64,000 bases of DNA. Origin: Utricularia gibba. Lineage: Eukaryota > Plantae > Magnoliophyta. The position numbers and the translations under genes were made by a program. The stretch covers positions 1,860,001 to 1,924,000 of the forward strand of contig CM007991.1 of NCBI GenBank assembly GCA_002189035.1, written 5' to 3'. Below, one piece after another: positions 53,345 through 64,000 of the stretch. Position 1 is the first letter of the stretch; every line of letters starts with the position of its first letter. The notes under the pieces were generated by a model. That model did no database searches, was not told the origin of the DNA, and saw only the letters and a list, made by a program, of their open reading frames with translations.

Positions 53345-54949
53345 TTACAAGCTTCCATCGAGCATTGTAGACAAAAGCAGCTCCTGGACAAAGTTGCATC
53401 TCTTTGCTTTCTCTTCCTGGTCTTTCGACGACAAGGGAGGCTGCCTTTCTACTTTCCTGATTAAGGGAATGAGGATTAAGAAGGAATGTATGGATCGTCA
53501 GAAGTGCAACAAACAACTGGAACATAAAGCACATTTCCCAAACTGACGATTCGAGAAATTCGCACTTATGAGCAGACTTTTCCTTAAATAACAGCAAGAT
53601 GAAACGTAGAAGCTAAATAAAATGGGAAGCTGAATCACCTTTCTGAAATGGAATCAACAGTGTTTTTCTTGGCGGACTCCACCATGGAACTTGATGGTGT
53701 TCCCACATATTCTTCACCCATTGGCCGTATAAATGATGACAGCAAGGGGTCTGGGGCTGCGGTGCTCGTGCGTGAAGAGCCTCCAAAGAGAGACCTGAAA
53801 TTTGCTTCTCTCATTTCTTGCTTGAACAGAGATATTGTAGAATTTGTACCAGCCTTTTGTGATTTCCTCTTGCGCTGCATGTGACATCAGCCAAGCACCT
53901 TGTCAAATCCACCCAGCTTTGATCAAAAGAATCTTATCTAACAAAGCATAACCTCATTACTCGAAGTGTTTAGAGAAAGAAGGGAAACGGATACCTTAAA
54001 GATACTGCCATGTTGCAGTGTTATATGTGCTACCATGTCAACACCCACCCTCACTGCACAAACTGGGCAAACCTAAAAATCCAGAACGCTTCATTAGTAT
54101 CACAGAGGGAAGCGAAACAGAAATGAAACGCACTCAATAACCATCACGAGCTAGATCACTTAAGATTGCAACAAGTAGGTAATGCTTCTGTCAAGACTTC
54201 CCATATGGGACACCCAAAAATACTCAACAAACTCTGCAGCATTCCAAATGAGACATGTATCATCACTTAAGGAACGGAATAAACATTGACATGTTGACCA
54301 TATAATACAGGCATAGCTTTCCTAAGATCTGATATGCCAAATCCGACTCATTTATCTGAAAACGTTCCAGACTCTACCCCGTTGTTAGCTTGGACAGGAT
54401 GCTCATCATCAATGTGGCAACAAAGTCCCACAATATCAAAATATTCTGAACAGAATGGACAAGGATACTCCTCCTGTATCTCGTCATCCATTTCAGCATC
54501 TTCTAACCCCATCAAAGTATCTGCATAAAAAACGTCCCTTTTACCTACAAAAATATACAGGAGCACAAATGATCATGATACCCCAGCAGGGGGATAAAAT
54601 CCAGCATCGGAAAACTTCAAAATTCAAAAAATTAGTGAATAACTGCGTTCAAACACATTGGAAACTGTAGCTGAGCTCAAAAACCTGCATCGCAGCACAG
54701 CGAAACACTTCCTAAATTTCAACCAAAAGTCCCAAAATTCCACCATCACATCTTACAAAAGAAAGTTTTTTTTTTTTTGCAGAAAACGAGATTTTGAAAA
54801 CAAAAATTGCGCAATTAACATGAACAAAGACACCCGTAAAAAAAATTAAAAGGGTGAACAAGAAAAGCACCAGATCGAGAGTGAAGAGCTGATTGGTAGC
54901 GCTTGGATGCTGAGAGCAAGCGAGCAGCCCAAGAATTGGCGGCATCCAT
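53345..54949 (-). CDS. DI19: Dehydration-induced 19 C2H2 zinc-finger protein (DI19-3-like)
   Basis: SWAARLLSASKRYQSAL, YPCPFCSEYFDIVGLCCHIDDEH, VCPVCAVRVGVDMVAHITLQH, DPLLSSFI, and C-terminal FVQELLLSTMLDGSL*. Confidence 0.94.
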
Positions 54950-55472
54950 GTCTTTAAGTCCTCCAATCCAAATCCAAACTGAAAGTGGAGATGCAAAACT
55001 AAATTTACGTGTATTTTCGGAAATTGCTGGCGCCAACAATAGAGGGCAATGACAGATCCTTTCCGAAATCAAAAAATATTCCTGATTTGTGAAACCGTGA
55101 AGGGTGACTGAGCAACAAGGAAATGAGAGGAAAACAGAGGACGGAGGATGAAAAAAGACACAAGATCAAGAATATCTTGTCGACTTCCGGTTTTTATACA
55201 ACAGACAAAAAAATTAATTCATCATTTTCTGCCTTTTTTTAATTGTCGATGAAAATGGAAGTTTCACTTTTCATCTTCGCGTGATTCTGTTAAAAAAAGA
55301 TTTAGGTTTTCAACGACGCTTGGGCAGGAGTAATTAGGCAAAAGCTTCCGAGTATCGCGAGCTTGGAGCATTATCGAGGAGGAATTTGCATACTCTGCTT
55401 GTTTTTGCGCACTAAGGGCTAAATCCCTTGTCGAAGTCTCTGCGTTAATTGAGTTTTTTTTTCAGCTGAATT

Positions 55473-58222
55473 ATGAGGGAAATCGTGACTATTCAGGTGG
55501 GAAATTATGCAAATTTTGTGGGTTCTCACTTCTGGAACTTCCAGGTACAGTTTCAGCTAGTGTTCTTTGCGGCATAAATGTGCATGCTTGCTATCACATT
55601 TTGTGTGCTGAACGAGACTCCATTGGTGACAATTTCTTGTTAGTGATGATCTGCGTGATTAAAAAGTCATAGCTTCTAATATGTTTTGAACAAATTTGTT
55701 AGTTTTTTTTATGCGAGGATGGTGCGCAAGCTTCGTAAGGATGACATTTTGATACACTTTTGTATGTCAGGATGAATTGCTTGGCCTGTCTGATAGTCCA
55801 GAGGGAGATCATCTTTTCAGAAACCATGGGCTTGATATGGATGTCATTTATCGTACTGGCAAAACTCAGCAGGTTACAGTTGAACATTTTGGCTGTCATG
55901 TTTTGCAATTTTTGCTTGCATGACCATCTTTTCTGCTAATGGTTGTATTAATGCTATTGTTGGTTTTCTTCTTTCATGAGCAGGGTGTTCTTACCTACAC
56001 CCCTCGCCTAGTTTCAATTGATTTTCAAGGTAAAGGATTCATATGGGGCTTCAGTTCTAACACCTTCTATTAAGATCATGCATACGTATTCTGATTTCAT
56101 TTTTCCATAAAAAAGATGAAATCTTGTGTTCCCATCCTTATATTTCCTGCTTGGGCACGTTAAAGGTAGTGTCTTGAAGGCTGAGGCAGCTTCTTTATTA
56201 GTCTTCTTTTTTATGTTTCGATCTCTCTTTTGACCCTCAACAGGTTCCTTGGGATCCATCAGTTCTGCTGGAACGTTGTATAATGAGTCCACCAAAACAT
56301 CAGAGAGTACCCTAGCATGGTGACAACCAATTGTTGGCGTGTGTGTATTTCGTGTCATTTGACTTTGGCACATTCATGAATTTAAGTTCCTCCAGATTGT
56401 GTCTGTAGGGCTGGTCCTATGACAACCATTGCATCTCAACCTTTAAAGAAGAATTTGTTCTTGCAAAGTTTGTCTGCTGCAGAAAATGAGGATGTGGATC
56501 AATTGAGCAACTCGTTTTCAGAAATTCAAGATAAGGAAATTGTTGAATGCCTGGAAAATGAAGTTCAATTTTGGACGGACTTCTCTAAGGTTCATTACCA
56601 TCCTCAAAGTTTGTATGAATTGAGTGGACTGTGGACAGACTATAAGGACTTCAACAACTACGGGCTTGGCAGAGAGGCATTTTCTCAGGGTGGCCATGCT
56701 GAAAATACTAAAGAGAGGCTTCGGTTTTTTCTTGAAGAATGTGACCTTCCCCAGGCAACTCTTTACATTCATTTTCCTCTTTACTTTTATCATGCCATTA
56801 GGAACCCATTTAGTTTTTCACACTTCACCTATTTGTGCTTGAATAGTTGCTATAATGTTTGTCTCCATCACTACTTCTGCAGGGAATTCAATTTGTTGTT
56901 GATGATGCTGGAGGATTTGCTGGAGTAGCTGGGGAATTTTTGGAGCATATTGCAGATGAATACACAAACATTCCCGTTTTGTTGTACAGTGTTCGTAGCC
57001 CTTACTCTAGCCCGGATACCCAGAAGCTGTCAGTATTGCATAAACTCCATGATGCAGTTTCAGTTTCAAACCTATCATCTCTCTGCAAATTGTTTGTTCC
57101 TCTAGGCTTGCCATCTCTTAACACAAGTAAGCTATGCTGCTATTATGGGTTTGGTATGAGATCCAATTTTTTTCATTGTTGGTCACTGTTGCTTTAAATT
57201 CAGTGATCTTTTGCAGTTCATTTAGCTACACTTATCACAATTACTGGTTATCTCTTTGACTTTAAGGTGGGGCAACCAATTTCCTCTCTCTGGAAGACCA
57301 AAAGTCATACCACAGTAGCGCGATTTATGCAGCTGCATTATATTCCATGAGTCTCCCATTCAGACTACAGCCTCCTGCGCCTAGTGCACAGTTTACCAAT
57401 ACATGTGGGTCGGTGGATATCAACGAACTTGAACAGATGTTAGCTGGGCAGGGTCACCGGAATACGATCATCATCTTGGATGTTGCTATGCCAGCCCCAG
57501 CTATAGCAGGTTGGTGTATTTCCAGAAAACAGAAGCATCTTTTTTAGTTGTGTTTCCTCATCACTGAACGATCATGTTCACAGGTAACCAAGTCCCGCAA
57601 AGACTTTTGAAGGAGTTGCAGGCTCTATCCCCAGACATAGCAGATGATGTCGAAGACATGCAAGCTCTAGAATCCATTTGTGTCCATGGAGTCTTTGCCT
57701 CAGGTACAATTCTGAGCTCTCTGCGTACAACTACAGAATTTGGAATCCTAAATTTTTCACTTGCAATCAGAATCCGAAAGGGCATCCATTTCACAAGTCA
57801 AGGATGCAGTAGAAGCAGCATACTCAGAAACAGCAGAAAAACCCAAATTCTCTCATCTGTCTGCTGCTCAGTGCCCTCTCCCCATCCCTCTGCCTTTCCC
57901 CTCAATATTTGGGAGCCGTGTTGGGCAGCATGGAGAGATCCTCAAAACCCCAATTCCAGGTTCGAGGTCAGGGGGTTCCCTTGAAGTGCATTCCATCCCT
58001 ATGGCGACAAGACTGCGTTCTAGCAAGGCTGTTTTGCCGTTCATAGAGAACCGGTTGGCGAACCTCAATAACTTGTGTATCAGACGAGGTGCACCTGGAA
58101 TGGAGTTGCTCAGAAGATGGGGTTTTGGGAAGGAAGATATGGATGACATGGGAGAGGCTCTTTCTTCCTTGGCAATGAAGCTCAATCCTTTTTCAGCAGA
58201 CGACTCTTCTGATTCTGATTAG
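55473..58222 (+). CDS. MSTO1: Misato/DML1 tubulin-FtsZ-like protein
   Basis: MREIVTIQVGNYANFVGSHFWNFQ, YTPRLVSIDFQGSLG, FWTDFSKVHYHPQSL, RLRFFLEECD-QGIQFVVDDAGGF, PLPIPLPFPSIF, SIPMATRLRSS. Stop at 58220-58222. Confidence 0.94.
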
Positions 58223-58512
58223 CTAGTTCTTCACCGTACAGACCTCTGAAGTATGAGTGTAGTTTGTTACTGTTTTTCACCACATTAAAAAAAATGAAAA
58301 AAAATTCTTGGAAAGAAGGCTCATTGTTACGGTGTCCGAAAAGCCCATGTTGTAGGCCCACTATTACAGTAGCCCAAAAACGTTTTGACTTCGCGTTACA
58401 AACTTACAGGTTCTTCATTTGGTTGTTGTACCTTTTGCTGCAGCGCTTCAGTGGATTGTACCTTGGAACTAGGTAATTGAAACCGAAGACAGGAGGATAG
58501 TGAAGTGCTGGG

Positions 58513-59252
58513 ATGTCTGCGTTAGGTACGTCGAAGGGGGTTCTGGAGATTGGGAAATTCGCTGTATACGTCACTATCCCAATTGGGCTGATGTATTTTT
58601 TCGCCAGCAACACGAAGAATCTCCAGAAGTTCATGGGTAATGTAAGGATCGTTCTCGATAAGTATTTTTATTTCTGGTGCCGCTCGGGTGAAAGGCGATA
58701 AATTATTCATTGTTGCTGTGTGAATGTTCATTTTGGCAAAAAGGGATCCTGTACTGCTGTTGAAATTGGATTTCGCTGTGTTGTTGATGCTGCGCTTGAT
58801 CAATGATTTTATGGTGAAAAGCTACTTTTCTGCAAACATGTGTTCTGTTCGCTGCCCTCTTGTTTTAGCCTCTGTGTCAGCTTATTGGCTATGTTGGCTG
58901 TTCATTTACTGTGCTGGTTCCTTCTTCACTTCGACATTTTCACGCTGTCTTTGTTGTTGTGCCTTCAGAAACTCGGAATGGTAATTTATAGAAAGCCTTG
59001 ACCAAGGCAAGAAACTTGTTTTGGTAAACATGTGATTGACATGGCACTAGAAATATGTCGAGTTGCTGAGTCTTTTGATTCTTGTATGAGGTACCCCTTT
59101 TTTGCCTTCACTATTATCATCTGGAGCTAACTTGTTGATGCATCATGAAGCGCCAATATGTGGTCTGCCCGCCTGCAGGACCGCCGCCTCCATCACCAGA
59201 GGAACTGAGAGAGGCAGCAAGGGAACTAGCACGCAAGAGAAGGGCAGAATGA
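58513..59252 (+). CDS. PET100: PET100-like cytochrome c oxidase assembly protein (plant At4g14615-type), 76 aa
   Basis: Exons 58513-58641 and 59151-59252 give MSALGTSKGVLEIGKFAVYVTIPIGLMYFFASNTKNLQKFMGN-RQYVVCPPAGPPPPSPEELREAARELARKRRAE*. Site II motifs lie upstream at ~58341-58378. Confidence 0.82.
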
Positions 59253-59688
59253 TGGGAGTCCATCAAGTCATGACTGGCTGATTTCCTTGATGTAGTCCAT
59301 CAAGGCACCTAGGTGCCGCAAGCTCCAGAATTCAGTCAACTTGTATGTCGTGTATAATGACTCATGGATCATCATAACTTATCAAGAGCAGTGAAATCAA
59401 TAATACCTCCATGGCATTTGCTCTGTCTTTAAGCTCACGCAGTGCTGAAGCTTTCTCTATCCCAGTACTCCTCTTTTCCATGGCTGCAAATGAAGATGAT
59501 GGAACACTGCGGGAGCACCTCCTCTCCATCTCCATCTTCATTGTTGCCGTGGCTCTGCAGGTCTTCAATGTCCCAAGCCCATCCACGTCAATGATCATGA
59601 TCAAGAGCCTTGTCTCCTTCCAGAATGTTCCTTAGTCCCAGGAATGAGGTCTGCGACTCGTTTAGCAAAGTAGCTATCACGCAATAAA

Positions 59689-59772
59689 TGGGCTTCCAAA
59701 CTGGGCTCTACGTAGTATTTATTACAATGGGCCTAAAAACCCTACTTACTATTTAAAGCATTATTGGCCCAC
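59689..59772. promoter_or_regulatory. Site II (TGGGCY) cluster not assigned to a known gene
   Basis: tgggctt, tgggctc, tgggcct and ggccca occur within about 85 bp. Confidence 0.45.
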
Positions 59773-60742
59773 CCACATGTCCCTCGGAGTGACCTTCTCT
59801 TTTAACATTTTGCTGTTAAATGACTAAAACAACCCGAATATGCCAGATTTGGAAACACCTATGATTAATTTATTCAAAGACTTTTAAAATTATGTTATAA
59901 TGACAAATGGTGCATATAAGTTATGATCAGAACCGTTTCTCTTTCTAAAAAAATATTTTATTATTTTTAATAAGCTATAAAAACCAAATTTTATTTTATT
60001 ATAATTTAACTAAATAAAGAAATATGACACTTTTGTTAGTACTCATGAACCGAGTGATTGGCTCATATTTGAATTCGAATTGCCTACTAAAAAAATAAGG
60101 TTGTAATTAGCATATACATACACACAATTAAAGCACCATTAATTGCGTGGTTAAAAAAGCCCTAATGAGCGTTAATATTGCGTAATGATGTTGCACTCTC
60201 TGGAGAATCAAAGTCTTCCTAGATCCCAATATTGCCTCGTTTTTTATCCTGTCAACTTAACTCCATATATAGTTAACTGTGCTCATAATGGTTTGCGTGA
60301 CCTCAATTACAATTTCAAAACTTTTTTCTCTATTACACCCACTATGAAAACGATCATAGATTTCATATATATAATTTCGTATACGATATTATTCATTTTG
60401 ATGTATGATGTAATAAGAAATTCGATTTTCGAAACATATGAATTTGACATTAGGCTACCATTGATGAACCCACATAATAATCATATTCTATCTTTATTAG
60501 TAATGTAAATGTGCCCAAATGCAAAAGTTACACTGGTTTTTTTTATTACAAAAAATGATTTTTTTAATAAGATTATTGTTTATATATAAACTGACTATTT
60601 CATTTTTGTGCGTGTAAGTAATTCCTTGGGAAAAGGTAGTTAGAGTAAATTTAAAATTGCTCACAAGTTTCCCTATAAAAGGCCCCATCCACTACACAAT
60701 CTTCAAGGTGCATAGAGGCGTCACAGGAGAAGCGTCGTAAAA

Positions 60743-61779
60743 ATGGGAGGAGAGGAGTCCGGAGCCTCCTCTGCCGGCGGTCATGATTTTCGTGAAGAAA
60801 TAAGCAGTTGCTGTTCGACGCCGTACGTCAGTGCGCCTTCTAGTCCAGGCCGCGAGGGGGCTCCGTTCACCGGGTTCTACTATAGTGCTCCGGCAAGTCC
60901 GACGCACTTCTTCATCTCCGCTTCTACTCGCGCTATCGCCTACCCTGCCGCCGCCGTTACCGCTGCAGACGATTCTTCGTTCGAGTTCGATTTCTTCGCC
61001 AAGTTTCCGGCGAGTGAGGGTTCGGCTTCGGGATCCATGACTTCCGCCGACGAATTGTTCTCCAACGGCCAGATCCGGCCGATGAGGCTCTCCACGCATC
61101 TACAGAGGCCGCAGACTCTCGAGCCGTTGGTTGAATCCGACGACTTCGGGAAGAGGAGCAAACATTCTCCCGCACCAGAGAGATGAAGCTCCGGGCCGGA
61201 TCTCTTCGCCGGAGAACCAGATCCATGTCGCCTAACAGAAGTACGGATACGGAGTCGTTAGTCGGGGAACACGACGTCGTTTCACAGAAACACCACGAGG
61301 AGCAGAGTAACATCGCCGAAATTGACGGAGCAAAAGAGAAGGCGCAGCCTTCGAGGTTATCATCCGGCGGGCGAAGCTCTGGGCGCTGGATTTTCCTGAA
61401 AGACTTCCTGTACAGAAGCAAAAGCGAAGGGCGAAATGAAGGGCACAAATTTTGGGGATCGCTCTCGTTTTCACCAGTGAAGGATAAGGACAAGAAGCCG
61501 GCAGCGAGAGATCACAGTCACAGTCACCCCATCAACAACGACGGTAAAAAGAAAGCGGCGGCTCCATCAGCAGGCAACAAAAACACCGCCGGAAAACGAC
61601 GGATCCCTCCTGCGTCGCCGCATGAATTGCATTACGCGGCGAAACGAGCCCAGGCGGAGGAGATGAAAAGGCGAACATTCTTACCATACCGCCAAGGGCT
61701 TTTCGGATGCCTGGGCTTCACCTCCCGGAGCTACGGCGCCATGAATGGATTCGCTCGATCCCTGAAGATAAGAAGCTAA
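60743..61779 (+). CDS. Intronless DUF1645-type plant protein split by one apparent frameshift
   Basis: STPYVSAPSSPGR, YSAPASP, FEFDF, ADELFSNGQIRPMRLSTHLQRPQ in frame 1. RTRSMSP, WIFLKDFLYRSKSEGR, HELHYAAKRAQAEEMKRRTFLPYRQGLFGCLGF in frame 2. The junction is at 61176-61186. Confidence 0.82.
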
Positions 61780-64000
61780 AGGAAGGAAAGAGATGAGTCA
61801 TGAGTGGGCGAATCGAAGGGAAATCTGTTCCCTTTTTGTCTCCTTCCATAGTGCCTTTTTTTATTTTTTCGCACATTCCCAAAGGCCTCTTCTCTCTTCA
61901 TTTTCACTTTCCCATTAAAAAAATAATACATATTATTATCGTGGATTATCATGATTAATCCCGTGATTAGCAGCCCGTCTGAGACGGGACACCCACATTT
62001 AAATTATGATGTTGGACACGTTTCACTAAATATTACATTATCCGTATTATTACCATCATCTTATTTCAAAACATAGCCTTTAATTTATTTCTTCAGGTAA
62101 CATATGTTGATAAGGACGTGGCCTATTGCTTTGGTAAAACCCTCTTTTTGTTTCGAGCTCCCACAGAACCATGTTTGTAAAAATCGAATCTTTAGCTTCA
62201 CCATATAGTTATTATATTTGCAAAACAAAAAAAAGACTAAAATTCTCATCAGAGTTTGGATTTTTTTTCCCAAGTTGATCGATAGAGTATAGATTCAAAA
62301 CTGCAATCATCAAACCGACCGACCGGAAAAATGCACCGGTAGCTACCCCATCTCATTCTCAGACACCCCTAAACTCCTCCATCTGGTATTCGCCTAAGGT
62401 TCGAGTTGGACACTCAAGACTAGAATTAGAAACACCAGCACCTTTTTCTTAAACAAGGCGTTTTCACTAACCGGGAGAGGAGTGGGGGGACCAAAGAGAC
62501 AGTTAGTTCCAGTCTGTAAGAGTGTACGAGAATGCTATTACGCAAGTAAAAGAGACACTGTTTCTGGGAGGTTAAAAAAATGCATTGGAGCTTGGCTAGG
62601 GTTTGGGGAGGACAGGATTAGAGTGTGTGAGTTGGTGCTGTGGAGGTACCTACCAGCAGGAGGCGGCAGGGCACATGCCCAAAATCTGTGGTGCTGTAGT
62701 GTTAGGTGGCGTGCTCGCACAGAGACGTGACGGAGCTGAAGTGAGGAGCAGATGTTGTTGGAGGCCGGCCTACCGCTTTGTCCCATAATATTTCTTTAAC
62801 TCACCAGCGTTGTAACAGTTCGAGTATCTAGATCAAGCTACTACGCTCTTTAATGTCTGCGATTACTCTCAACCACCCTCCACAGTAGGGTTTTGTTTGT
62901 TTAGAATGCATGAATAATGAATCAATCACTCAATCATCTCAGGCCAGATCAGACCCATCTTCTTCCTGCCTGCCTTAACAACTCTCACTGTCTTGTCCGC
63001 ACCAAACCACATCCTCTGTGTCAACAATGGAGCTTTGTCCACACAGCGTTCTGGTCGAAAAAAACACTCCTGATCCACAGTGCGTGACGGAAGATGCTCC
63101 TTTTCCTTGCAGTTCAGGAGGTGGGCACACAGTCTTGCTGGAAAAGACACACAACGAGAACGACTGCATTCCGTGAATAACAGCAGAACCCCACACCCAT
63201 TCACGGCTCGGAGTCGGAGACCTGAACTACTGTGAAAACATCACCTCTTTTTCTACCTTACAAAAGGTGTTTTGGCATGGATCTTTTGACAAAGAATGGC
63301 CACCTCCCATTTATCTCTCATACATTAAAAACAAAATTTTATATATAATATAATTAATTTATTCACATACTCAAAATATATTGACCACTTTTATATTACA
63401 TACTTTTGGTATGGATATTAAGGTATTATTTAGAAAAGTGATCTAGGACCTTTATATTTCATATACTAAGAATAATTTTTTGCACATATAACACACAATT
63501 TTCTCAAATATTCAAAATACAGTGGTCACATTTGTAATACATTTGGGTATTAAATCGGTTAAATTAATTATAACTATATTATAAAAATAAATTTATTATT
63601 TCAATGTAATATTCTAAAGTTCATTATTTTTTTTAATTTTATATCAAAATTATTGAATCAAATTCAAGAAATCATGAATTCAATTCGAATCAAAAGGTGA
63701 AGTAAATGAATGTTGTGTAAATTATTTTTGAAATAAAATTTATAAAAGAAATAATATTTACTCTTAAATTGCATCCAATGCATATTAAAAAATAATCAAT
63801 TCTATTTCATGAACATTTTTTAAAAAATCAAAAATAATTTCAAAAACACAAATTTAATATTTCAAAGGTGCATTAGTGAGAGTGTGTGTAGGGTCATATT
63901 ATTAACACGCTGATTAAAAATTTGATTGGTCCATTTTTCAATAATTTTCTTGGAATGATTGGTGTCCAGCACTAAATGATTGCACTGTTGTAACGGCTTC

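Noticed and set aside
59362-59598. Resemblance of the small ORF to the Hsp70 lid region or to DUF3774 wound-induced proteins
   Set aside because: Only scattered identities by eye, equally weak for both families. A profile search is needed.

Overview
Gene-dense land-plant (eudicot) nuclear DNA. I find about 21 protein-coding genes in 64 kb, mostly with 70-150 nt introns and several intergenic gaps under 400 bp. In order: ECT2-like YTH m6A reader (+), SMXL6/7/8 (D53-like) strigolactone repressor (-), GATA8-like (-), NIFK/Nop15-like RRM protein (+), WCRKC thioredoxin (-), AVT1 transporter (-), PUB14-like U-box/ARM ligase (+), shugoshin (+), plastid NADP-MDH (-), an intronless atypical B3 gene (-), a kelch-repeat protein (-), a decayed histone H2B pseudogene (-), an unrecognised ~160-aa gene (-), a RING ligase (+), mTERF (-), GSH2 (-), RRP15 (-), a MITE, DI19 (-), Misato (+), PET100-like (+), a candidate antisense small ORF, and a DUF1645-type gene (+). 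The most interesting signals are: (1) the SMXL6/7/8 protein has GRKL where the RGKT strigolactone degron should be; (2) three minor-spliceosome (U12) intron positions in different states (ECT2 GT-AG, GSH2 AT-AC, and DI19 apparently converting from U12 to U2); (3) an H2B pseudogene eroded by deletions; (4) AT-hook-like motifs in shugoshin. Five genes have apparent 1-nt frameshifts at short base runs, which most likely reflect long-read assembly error. Family calls rest on remembered motifs and hand translation, not on database searches. The suggestion of a miniaturised genome such as Lentibulariaceae is inference from gene density only. No tRNA, rRNA or CRISPR arrays were recognised.
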